NCBI RefSeq assembly: GCF_001194135.2
Contig: NC_068982.1
Location: 93,457,301 to 93,521,300, forward strand
DNA length: 64,000 nt
Direction: 5' to 3'
From: Octopus bimaculoides
Taxonomy: Eukaryota
Shown here: in pieces, positions 11,375-23,168 of the stretch
How positions within the stretch are numbered: the first letter of the stretch is position 1
How the letters are laid out: every line of letters begins with the position of its first letter
Program-made: the position numbers and the translations under genes
The notes under the pieces: model-generated
What the model was told of the DNA's origin: nothing
Seen by the model: the letters and a program-made list of their open reading frames with translations, nothing else
The model's database searches: none

Positions 11375-12123
11375 TAAATGTATTTATGGAGGGGGGTATT
11401 TTACCGAAAATATTCTTCCTCTGGTTTTGAAGTGCAAAAAAAAAAATTATTCAAAATAGGTCTGGAGGGGGTATATAAAAAAAGAGTTTTCAAAACTTTT
11501 TTCATACAAAGATTCCACACACCAAACCCATCATTTCGAAGGCTGTGGCTTAAAAACAATGGGGAAAAACCCTGAAAAACTTTTCCCCACAAATTTCTTT
11601 ATAATCGTAATCTATGCTGTTTAAAAGGGATTTGTATAAATTTTCATTAAAAAATACCCATCTTCCTAAAAGTTATGAGGGAAAAAAGTCAGATGATGTG
11701 AATTTACCGAAACTCCTCTCTCTATCCCCTCGGAAAAATTCTTTCTCATAAATCTCTATATACTCTGAAGCCAAAACATCTAAGCGGTATTTGTAGAAAA
11801 TTTTGTTAAAAAGCATCCATTTTTCTGAACGTTATGAGGCAACAAAGTCGGAGGCGTATACATTTGTAATAATGCCCTTTTGCTTATACGATTTTTTCCT
11901 TTCATGTTTATTTCATTCATTGTTACAATGTTCTCCCCACCCTATCTCAAACACACACTGCAAAGCTTGCAGACGGGCCTGCTGAATTGAAATCTCTTTG
12001 TTGCTTTGTGGGGAAGGTAAAACTTGATAAACTGCTTCTCCCTCTCTTGTTGGACTACTGTGGTGTTTAAAAAAGGGAGATTATGACTGTGATAAAATAA
12101 TGAAAGCAATATTTACTCAGCAA

Positions 12124-12341
12124 AAGGTGGTGAGCTGGCAGAAGGGTTAGCACGCTGGGTGAAATGCTTAACGGTATTTCGTCTGTCTTTACGCTCTGAG
12201 TTCAAATTCCGCTGAGGTCGACTTTGCCTTTCATCCTTTCAGAGTCGATAAATTAAGTACCAGTTGTGTACTGGGGTCGATCTAATTGACTAGACCCTGC
12301 CCCAAAACTTCAGGCTTTGTGTCTAAAGTAGAAAAGAATAT
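12124..12341 (+). mobile_element. Full-length family-1 tRNA-derived SINE
   Basis: GGTGGTGAGCTGGCAGAAGGGTTAGC (A box)...GAGTTCAAATTCC (B box)...GCCTTTCATCCTTTCAGAGTCGATAAATTAAGTACCAG conserved central domain. Confidence 0.9.
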
Positions 12342-12649
12342 TTACTAAGCAACTGAGCACTATTATACAAAGAAATAATTTGACTTAAAATATCTAAATT
12401 ATTTTGTTGTCTGGGAAGAGTCATTCTCTTTTAGTGCCTTGCAATTTAACACACTCACCGGTAAAGTTTCCACTCATTTACTTATTTATTTTTTAAAATT
12501 TTCGTTGCATCTTGCAACCTTTACAATAGAATCTTGCAAACCAAATCCAAAAACGAAATAAAAATTATTAGAATTAGGAATCAAATGTGAAAATATTATC
12601 AAGGGGCCAGCAGAAAATCGCCCGAAGGGTGGGATTTCTGCTAGTAACA

Positions 12650-12990
12650 AGAATAATCTTTTCTATTATGGGCACAAGACCTGAAATGTGGTGGAGGGGA
12701 CTAGTTGATTACATTGACCCCAGTGTTTCACTGGTATTTAATTTATCCACCCCGAAATGATGAAAGGTAAAGTCGACCTCAGCACAATTTGAACTCAGAG
12801 TGCAAAGTGGATGAAATGTCGCTATGCATTTTGTCCAAACGTACTAACAATTTGGCCAGCTCACCACCTTAATATAGGCACGAGACTTGAAATTTTAGGT
12901 AATAGGGTTAGTTGATTATAATGACCACAGTGCTCAACTGGTAATTACTTTATTAACCCCGAAAGGAAGTTAGTTAACCACGGCAAGATT
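12650..12990 (-). mobile_element. Two adjacent family-1 SINE copies (one full, one partial)
   Basis: GAAAGGTAAAGTCGACCTCAGCACAATTTGAACTC...GCCAGCTCACCACC, then a second tail TATAGGCACGAGACTTGAAATTTT. Confidence 0.75.
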
Positions 12991-13083
12991 TTTACCTTTG
13001 AATGCCTCAAAACCTTTTTTCGATGCTGTAATGATTCCACCATTCAACCACTCAAAAGAAAATAATGAGTATATAAACAATAA

Positions 13084-13760
13084 TTCTTTCTTTATTAACC
13101 ACAAGGGCTCAAAGAAAAAAGACAATAGAAAATGGCAAAAATACAAACAAAGTGGGATGTTTGTGGTAGGTATTAAAAATCAATAACAAATAGTAAATTT
13201 CCAGAACAGGAGGGATAGCTGTTTAGGGACCAATCAAGAAAACTCCACAAAACTTTGATAACCCTACTCAGAGAAGACCCGTTTACTCGGACCATCCTTG
13301 CTACTTTCATCCACTTTTCAACGCATTTGCTGAGAAGTAGTAATTCCGTCTCCAAATGAAACTTGAAAAAGGTGATGGAAGCTTGACCAGAGAAGATTTG
13401 TCTTCAGTTCTTTGAGTTTCGTAAACTACACAGCCTTTTTTGCCACAATCACCAGATAAAGGAAAATTGCCCAGCCTTCTCAGGCAAAGAAAAGCAGCAA
13501 GGCGATCTTTATGATGGGTCCAGGTGATAGGCAATGAATCTGCAACAACACCTGTTTGACAAAGCTCCAGTCACACTGTCGCACCATGCACACTGCAGAT
13601 AGATACAACCGACGGCACTTCTGTGCTTGTAGAATTTGTCTTGAACATCACTGCTTCCCCAGGCAATGGATTTTTAGCAAAGTTTCAACAACCACAATTA
13701 CCATTGACACCTATACATAAACTCTTCAAATTAACCGAAAACTCTTACAGAATCCTAAAA
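13084..13760 (-). mobile_element. 5'-truncated Tx1/L1-clade LINE, ORF2 C-terminus and 3' UTR
   Basis: Degenerate ...EKWMKVARMVRVNG... typical of Tx1/L1 ORF2 ends. 3' end CCCTTGTGGTTAATAAAGAAAGAA. Confidence 0.55.
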
Positions 13761-13849
13761 ATTAAATCTCCAGGTGATGCTGGAAGTTTCTGTAATAAGT
13801 TACACAAGACTCTTTGAAGGATTCCATTTATGTTATTTGAGAGGGGTGG

Positions 13850-14000
13850 AATTAATAATAGTTTCAAATTTTGGCACAAGGCCAGAAATTTCAGGGGAGG
13901 GACTAAATCGATTGTAATGATCCTTGTGCTCAACTGGTATTATTTTTATCAACCTTGAAAGAATGAAAGGTAAAGTCAATCTCGGTAGAATTTGAAATGT
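13850..14000 (-). mobile_element. Partial family-1 SINE
   Basis: GGCACAAGGCCAGAAATTTCAGGGG...GAATGAAAGGTAAAGTCAATCTCGGTAGAATTTGAA. Confidence 0.75.
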
Positions 14001-14972
14001 TTCGTTAGTTTTTTTTTTTTTTTTCCCCCATCTTTAAATGTTTTGTAAAGCTTTTATCATTAATTTCTCAAAAATAACAAATTGTGATCTTTTGTATGCG
14101 CATATGAAAAACAAAAAGAAAGTGAAAAAAAGTCACCCTTCCTTACATCACAACCGTATTGTGGAGAATGAATAGATTTGATTGACTCCAATTATCCAAA
14201 ATTTTAACTTTTAATGATTTGTTATTAATTTCTACAAAGAGAGACAGGGAGAGAGAAAATGTATGCGATTTTCTTAACATGCAAAATTACGTATTTGTGG
14301 AAAATTTTGTAAAATTGGGCTCTGTAAACCAAACAGAAAAGACCTGTCTTTTTCTTTAAATGTATATTATGGTTGTATCATAAATAGATCCTTGTTTTGT
14401 TGAAACATTCAGTTTATTTCCATACGCTTTATGTGGCATATTAAGCTCAATGAACTTCGTAGTTTTTGATCATTTCAATATATAACACGTTAAATATTGC
14501 TTTCTCTTTTTCTCAGTTTAGAGTTTTTATAAGACAAATTATCTCTAACCACTTTTAAGGTCACTGTTTACTCAAGTGTTTGTTAATGTTTGAAAAAATA
14601 GCTGCATTCTTTCATTTTCAGAAAATTATGTTATGAATTTCACATACAAAAGAGGTCGAACTGCTTGAATGATGTGACAATGAGTACCAGTTTTAAGGCC
14701 AAGTACTTAAGACTTAAATTTCTCACTCAGCGGGATCATTTACACCACTCCAGTTGTAAAATGTTTTACTATTTTACACTCAGGTTTTCTATAGAAAAAT
14801 CAACCTTTGAATGTTTGTTGTACAATGTGTCATTGTATAATGCATTACTAACAATAAGAATTTTGTTATGCCACCGTTGGTATTGCCTGAGGGAGACAGC
14901 AGTTTCTTACCTGGTGGAAATGTTTCAGCTTTTAGATTTTTATTTCAGTCTTTTTAGTTAGTCTATTGTGCA

Positions 14973-14973
<1 letters not shown>

Positions 14974-15032
<59 letters not shown>

Positions 15033-15092
15033 TTCTTTCTCTCTCTCTTTCTCTCTTTCTCTCTCTCACATATATATTGTGTGTGTGTGTGT
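14974..15092. repeat. (CT)n/(GT)n microsatellite
   Basis: Direct inspection. Confidence 0.95.
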
Positions 15093-16451
15093 GTAAAATC
15101 CATTGTTTCTGTTTTTGCTAATTTACTTCTTCAGAAACTTAATTATATTTCAAAAATGTGTGTGTGTGTTTACATTTATAATGTTTTTATACTTATATTT
15201 TATGCTTGCATGATTGTGTAGACATATATTGTCTTACATTCAACCATATTAGACAACTCTCATAAATCACTATATCATAATCTGCACTCAATACGAGCAT
15301 GATTTGTTTATGGACCAACCTTACATTTATTTATTTGGAAGCCGTCTGTAGGGGTGTGTGCATAATAACTTGTAATTGTAAAATACTTAAATCAATTGAC
15401 ATCTCAGACATTATAAACCTCTTACAGTCTAGTATGTAAGAAATGTATATTTCTCATCAAATCTGTCTCAAGCATTTACCTTTTAAATTGTCAGGTATGA
15501 ATGCAATGTAAAAACGTCGGCTTTCAATCAGTTCTTTTATTTCGCTTTCTATACACTGCCGTTATTTTTTATTTCTTCTTCACTATTATTCGTTATTTTG
15601 TCTTCATCTTCCCTTCCTTCTAAAGCAACACTGTATGTGATACATCTGACCCTTATGGGTCACTAAGCTTGATTCGCATTTAGAGAAAAGACGAGCATTG
15701 TCAAAAACCTGGTCGTTGATGCCACCCTTACTGCTTCAGACAAGTTTTCGACTGAAGTGTATACATGCTACAATGTATAGTTTCTAATTACAAAAAGTAA
15801 ATATAGATACTTTTATGATTGTCAACTTATATCCGTTTGTAATTTAATTTGCTAAAGTTTATCGACTTTCTTTACTATAAAAAGCAGGAGGGTGAAAATT
15901 TAGTAAAATAATAATAGTAATAATAATAATAATAATAATAATGAAGACCAAGTTGTTGAATAATCTAGATACTCTTCTAGTGAGAGCAAGCACATCTGAA
16001 GATCCACCTGTTGACCACAGAGATACGTCATCAATTCATCTTTGTCACTAGACATCTGCTTTCTTTGTACAGGCGTAAACGTAATTATAAAATTAGGCCA
16101 TACACAACTGACTATAGAACAAATACTCTGGGTATCATATATAAAAACACTCCCTGATACATTTTATGGAGTCGTGTTAATTTCTTTTATTTATATATTT
16201 ATTTTTAACTCTCAATCTTTTAAGCTTTTGAATCTTTACTTTTGAGGCAGGGATAACTTGAAATTGCAATTAATTCCCTGTATTAAGCCTATTGAAGATA
16301 TAACAAAAGGAATACAACTTCTAAAAGACACTGTCAACTGATGAAGTTGTCGACGCTTAATGTAATCAAAAATATGTATGCTTAACTAGTGTTACTGAAC
16401 TAACAGTCTGACACACAAAACAACTATGGTCGAAGATATTTGATTTTTGAT

Positions 16452-16480
16452 CTCTCTCTCTCTCTCTTTCTTTCTCTCTT

Positions 16481-16558
<78 letters not shown>
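16452..16558. repeat. (CT)n microsatellite
   Basis: Direct inspection. It generates the spurious RERERE ORF. Confidence 0.95.
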
Positions 16559-16560
<2 letters not shown>

Positions 16561-18568
16561 TTTTTGGGGTTTGGGAAGAGGTAAGCATAAGCATTTCACA
16601 ATGATTTTTACATACAAATAAACTCAGCTAGACACTGATTATGCATTCAAACATGTATGCATTCAGATGCTCGCGCTTATAAGTGTGTGTGCCTGCCATG
16701 TGTGTGCACGCACATATGTGAGTCTACACTGAACTTCCCGGCATATAAAACGTACTCTTGCATAGGATACTCCCCTATTTTACGAGGAGATTTTGTGAAA
16801 GGGGGTGGACAAATTTAGTATGTTCCATCATACACTTGTTGAGAGATATTTTAAAGTGGTTTTGGTGGGAGAAATGTGTGATTCTGTGTAAGTGATTAGT
16901 GTATTGTGACAGTATACTGGAATAACTATACATATATCATATACTACATTAGGGGAGAGTACCATAAATCAACGCTACTGTCTCTCAGATCAACTGTATC
17001 TTGATAATATTTTGGTCAAGAGAACTGCCATACAGGATTTGTCTGTGATGTTTTGTGTTTCTACAAATGATCTTCAAGATAACACACCACTGCTATGATT
17101 TTGTTGTCATCTATTTATTCCAAATAACTGACAGATGGATGAAAGTTTCTGTATGTCATTCTCTATAACCTCCAGCCCATCATATCTTATGAGTGGAATA
17201 GGATTTGTAGAAAATCCTGTTAGGTGAATTGTACCAGCATATTTCGGAAGTTATGGCCTTGTCAGACTATGTCACTCTGAGAATTATGCGAAGGGCATAT
17301 ATGTATGTAGAAAGTTCAGCCAATCACACATTAATTCGAGAGCAAGTAATTCAGGTTATCAAACAACTGAATCATCATTGTTGAACAATGAAGATCCACC
17401 ATCACCTATTTACCTACTCTTTGAGTCATACTTTCATCTACTTGTCCTCTCATTTGAGCAAATGAAGAGGCATGAGAACTCTTTAGTTTTCCGGATGCAA
17501 GGCACCCTTGCTAATGATGATGCCTCAATAAAATTACACCAAGTACACTGTAAAATTATTGGCAAACAAGTAGAGATAATGTAGGCTCAAAAGAACTCTT
17601 TAGTCATGTTCAATACATGTCAACTTCTCAGGTACGGATACCATGATAAAACGTATCTAGTTCAAGGTTAGTGGTTAGTCATCACAAGGGCATCCAGCCA
17701 TAGAAACCAAGCTCAAAATTGAAATTACAAGCAGGACATGGTCTTCTAAACCATCTCAAAGGACAGTAACTCCAAATAAGAACTGACTTGAATTGTGGTG
17801 AAGTGTCCAACCCATGCTGGCATGGAAAGCAAATCTAATTATTATAATGGTGATGATCTGAATGGGAGTTACAGAACTCTTTTAGTTTCTGGAGTGAACT
17901 GCAAGTGCATAAGAACCAGCATGGGGCACATCTGAGATAAGAAAATTTATGAATCATTATTATTGACTTTCACAGTAATGCAATTTACATTAAATTACTG
18001 TTTTGGTCTTAAGGCTTAAACCACTTCTTTTCATATGGCTTTTTAGAGATTTCTCAGTGAATGGTTTCAAATTTGAATGCAGATGAAATTTGTGGATGAG
18101 GGATTCTCCAACTCTGATCTAAGGGAAATTGTAGTATTGGCACAGCGATAAAACATAATGAAGCAATACCAAATTAAGGTATGTAGTGATAATATCCAGT
18201 TCTGTGGTTGATTGGTTTGTGTACAAATAGCTTTAACTTTTTCTTCTAAAATATTTTATATTTAGTTTAAAGCTAACTGCAGTTTCAGTCTCCAATACCA
18301 ATCTCAATTTTTAATTCCTGTTACTTCCATTGGTTATGTTTCCAGAATTAGCAAACCATAATCTCATACAGGCATATATTTCAAGCAGATTTCCTAATAA
18401 TTTGATATTTTTGTTGTTTTCATATTATGGTGACTTATTTATCTAGATAAATAGCAATCCATTGATCATAGTTTCAAACCTGGCAAAAGTGTTTGCTCAA
18501 TTTACAAGTAATGTTTCAGCACAAATAGCTAAAGGAAAAAATTTAAAAACAAGAAAACTGCAAGTTAA

Positions 18569-21000
18569 CCTTCTGTCTACCAATGGGTCCAATAGACCCA
18601 TTTCAGTTTTTCCAGTTTCTTTTTCCTATTGTTTATATTATTTGATTCTGCTGATTTCTTATGACTTATTTTTTCTTGACTCTTTTAGTTCTCAAATGGG
18701 AAATTTTCCATATTTTTGTAAAAGCTAGAAAATTTCACTTTATACATTAATTACCATTTGGGTTCATTGGACCCTCAAATTAAATTCAGACAATGCACTT
18801 GTCATTCTAAACAGAATGAAAGCAGTATCAAATATTATTTTCTTAGATATTCATCAGATATAAAACGGATAAAATTGTGTTCAATTTATTTGCTTAATTT
18901 TAGATAAAATATGAAAAATTATGAAAATATTCCTGTAAATTTGTGTGGTATTGCATCACCTTCAATCTGCTAGGTTATAGGGTGAGGCAATATTTCTGTT
19001 TGAGGACACAATTCTTACAATATATTGCCTCATCTTTCAGGAGAGAATAAATATGTGAGAGAGCAATATCTGCCTTTAGTCTGCTATCAAGTTTCATATA
19101 GTTCAGTTGTGTTTCCCAATATGCCTAGACGTGAAAACTAAATAACGAAAAGCTTATTGGAATTAGATAAAGAATGGGAAGAAGATAGTAGTGATTCCTT
19201 CTATTGCTCTGAAGATGATGGTGAAAGTGATTGTGTGCTGGACAGTTTAGGTTCTGTGTCATCAGATGATGAAGATGCTCAAAAACAATTATCTGCAAGC
19301 CACCCATTTATGAATGAGCAACATGTTTCTAGATACAGACAAGAAGTTTGGCATTCTAATGCTCTTACTCAAGCAGCAGTAAGAACTTCATCTTGCGATA
19401 TTGTGCACCTAGAATGTGAACAATCTTGTTTTGCTAAAAGGTCTTGCGATAGCATTGAAACATGTTTTACTATCTTTATGCGCCTGAATCTTCTTGAAGT
19501 AATTCGTAAATGGACAAATGTTGAAGGTCAGGTTGTTTACAAAGATAAATGGAAGGAAATTGATCACTCTGAAATAAAGAAATTTATTGGACTGATTATT
19601 CTTAAAGGTGTTTATAAATCTAAACATGAAAATGTCATACAGTTATGGAGTCAAGAAGATGGCCACCCAATATTCAACAAAATTATGAGCCAGGGAAGAT
19701 TTCAACAGAGGTTACAAGTATTGCATTTTGATGATGCTAGAGCAAGAAGAAAAAAAGAGAACTGATGATAAATTGGAACCCGTAAGAGAAATATTTGAAA
19801 TGTGGATTCAGAATTTGCAAGATGGATATGTTCCAAGCTCATGCATGACAGTTGATGAACAATTAATTTCATTCGGAGGGCACTACCCATTCTGAGTATA
19901 TATTCCTTCAAAACCAGGCAAATATGGAATTAAAATTTGGGTAATATGTGAAACATCTTATGTCTGGAAAATGCAAATCTACACTGGAAAAATCTCAGAA
20001 TAAGGGAGATTGACAAATCAAGGTCCAAGATTTATTGAAGACCTAGTAAAAGAACTTGAAAATACTGGTCACAATATAACTTGTGATAATTTTTTAACAA
20101 GTCTAGGATTGGTTCGAAAGCTGCTTAGCAAGAAAACTACTTTAGCTGGAACAATTAGAAAGAACAAAGTTGAACTTTCAAGTGCTTTCACAAATGGAAA
20201 AGAAAGAGAAATCAACAGCACAATATTTGGATTTCAAAAGGATTCTATGATCATATCTTATTGTCCCAAGGAAAATTATGGAGTCACACTTGTGAGTACA
20301 ATGCACTCTCAGCCTTCAATTGATTCAAAAAGTGCTGAAAAGAAACCTGAAGTTATTACATGTTACAACAAAGCATAAGCTGGTAAGGACATACACTTGA
20401 TAAAGAATGACTCAAAGATAGCCTATGGTGATATTCTACAACATGATTGATATAAGTGCAGTGAATGCTTTCATTGTTGCTAAACAGCTTCACTTGCACA
20501 GTTTCAAGGATAAAAGAAAACAGTGCCTGATTCAGTTAGGAAAGGAACTTGCTGGAGTCAATGCTAAACAATCTTCTAGTTCTGCTAACATCTCTCAACC
20601 AAACAAGAAAAGAAGACGATCTTCAACTTCATTTGAGATTCCTCAGCCAAAGGAAAAGGAAGATGTTCTTTGCGTGGCCCAAAAGAAAGATAGGAAAACT
20701 CGTACAACATATAAGAATTTTACTATCCATGTTGCCAAGAACATTCCAATGTTGTCTGCATTCACTGCCATAAAGAGCTGTAATTCTGTAGTTTTGTAAT
20801 TTTTAAAATTTATAAAATATTCTGTAAGCTGTAATTTGTTATTAAAATTTGTGAGAAACAGTAATTCTTCATTCACCTGATAGCATACATATTGTAGCTA
20901 AGAAATAGTGATAGTTTGAATAAAATTTAATTAAATGAAAAATATTGGGTCCATTGAACTCAGTAATTAGTGACATGCATTTTCTCTGGTAGACCAAAAG
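18569..21000 (+). mobile_element. Full-length decayed piggyBac transposon
   Basis: TTAA at 18565-18568 and 21001-21004. Imperfect TIR CCTTCTGTCTACCA / TGGTAGACCAAAAG. Length 2432 bp, with a transposase remnant inside. Confidence 0.9.
19121..20780 (+). pseudogene. piggyBac (PGBD4-like) transposase, disrupted
   Basis: Acidic N-terminus, FNKIMSQGRFQQ...LHFDD, MTVDEQLISF, NITCDNFLTSL...GTIRKNK, FYNMIDISAVNAFI, and a decayed Cys-rich C-terminus. Several stops and frameshifts. Confidence 0.9.
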
Positions 21001-21049
21001 TTAATACAGTTAAGTGGTTGAGTTTGCTGAAGATTTATATCTGGTTTTG

Positions 21050-23130
21050 AAGACACATGTATTGTAAGTTATCACAGAAAAAAAATTATATTCAGAGAAA
21101 TGTTGCACAACAGATAATCTCTCCACAGGTGTTCCCTTCTCTTGTTAAACTCTTCCTTAGACAACATCACAATGTCACCTTGTGTTTAGTCGCATGCTAG
21201 GAAGAAATATGAACAGTTCAAAGACCTAGATTTTTATTCCCAACAGAAAGGTGTATACTTTATATTCTTTTATTAACCCTTTTGATACCAACCCATCTAA
21301 GATCAACTTGGGTTCTGGGATACAAAGCTCATATTTTTAAGTAATCAAGACTAAAATCTTCCATTCAAATTTCATGTTAATTTATATTTTCTACATCAAC
21401 TTACTAATGACAAGGTTATTTTACTAATGTCTTTATAATTTTTGAAATTTAATTCAACAAAGGCAATATATTTTAATGTGTGTATGTAATTTATTTCCTG
21501 TCTTATATGAAAATATATCAGGCCAAGGGGAAATATTACCTTACTTGGAAACTGATGAGGATTAATAACAGGTAGGGTATTCAGCCATAGGAAATCTACC
21601 TCAACAAATTCCACCTAACTCAGATCAATATAGAAACACGGATGTTAAAATGATGATGATGATGTTGGTAATATATATATGATAACTTGTGGTGTATGAT
21701 ATTTTGCGGCACATTTATCCATAGTGTTGTTGTTGTTGTTAGTGTTATTATTATCATCATCATTATTATGTATATGTGATATTTTTGGATATAAGATATT
21801 GTATGTGCATATTTCAAAATATTAAGAATTTTTGTATGTGTATAATATATTATCATATGTATAAGATATGTTTTGAAATGTGTATGAAATCATCATCATC
21901 GTCATCATTTTAAAATAAATTTTTCCATGCTTGCATGAGTCAAACAGAATTGACTGTAGCAGATGTCCTTTCCATCATCAACTATCACCTGTTTGCAACC
22001 AAGGCAGTGTTTTCCCCCCGGCTGGACGTTTTCACGGAAGATTGGAAATGAAAAGCACACACATACACAACAGGCTTTGATCATCTTGGGACTATAACAG
22101 AATATACTTGCCCAGGGTACCACGCAGTGAGACTGAACCCCAAGATTAAGTAGTTGGGAATGGAATCTACTTTTATGGAATATATATGTTTCATATGTAT
22201 ATGATATTTCATGTTATGTATACATTATGTGTATATATTTTGCAGGCATACTTTGACCAGAAGGCTCTAGAGTGAAAATCTTTTGTACCAAAAACTAAAA
22301 CAAGTGCTGCTTGTTATACAATACTAGGATAATGTACCAATATTTGTATAATTCCCAGCACTTTAATTTCATCAACGAATGGGCTTCAGAGCTTCAACTT
22401 TCTGATCACACATCCTCTACTAATAGGATTTTAATTGGGAGAGCTTGTGGACTTGTGACCAGCTTAATGTGAGGTGAGTAGCACAAATGAAAATACTTGT
22501 AATTGTTTATGTATCTTGAATAATAAAATAATGTAATAGGCACTATTGCATGGTATACATACGTAGGTATCAATACTTTGCTGAGGGGGTCCGATAATAT
22601 TGAAACATTTGAAGTTGTCCACCCTTGATATCAAAGAACAGAGACTCACTTTCTTCTCTTACATATCTCAATTTAATTGTTCTTGGATTGAAATTTTCAG
22701 AGGTTTCTCCCTTGCTCCTTCTGAAAACAATTTTTATTCATACTAATGACTTTTCTTTTCATAAGAGTTATAATTTCAATTAATTAAAAATCACTTTGCA
22801 GCTTGCCACATAATGAATAATTGTCTGCCCTTAACTGTATGCTTCTTATGCAGAAAGCAACATTAGGAAAGTTTCCAATATCATGTGTTTATAAACACTA
22901 TTGGTAAATGTGATATACAACTGAATATTATATAAAGTAGTAAGGAAACAGTAGCATATGATTGTATGATACTTGTATTCTAACAGTCATATTTTTCTTT
23001 TTCTTTTCCTGTCACTTCATTGTTCATGGCTCTGTGCCACTATTTTCACACTCAACACCATGTGGTAGTGGTACTGAGTGCTAAAAAAAAAAACAATCAC
23101 AAGGATATTAACAGCTTAGCTCATTGACTC

Positions 23131-23168
<38 letters not shown>

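Noticed and set aside
12124-12200. tRNA-gene-like A/B boxes (also 58540-58607 and 1150-1210)
   Set aside because: They continue into SINE bodies and tails, have TSDs or many diverged copies, and lack a complete cloverleaf, so they are not tRNA genes.
14880-14975. Strong minus-strand donor CAG|GTAAGA at 14911
   Set aside because: No polypyrimidine acceptor upstream (it abuts a GA microsatellite) and no convincing open frame.
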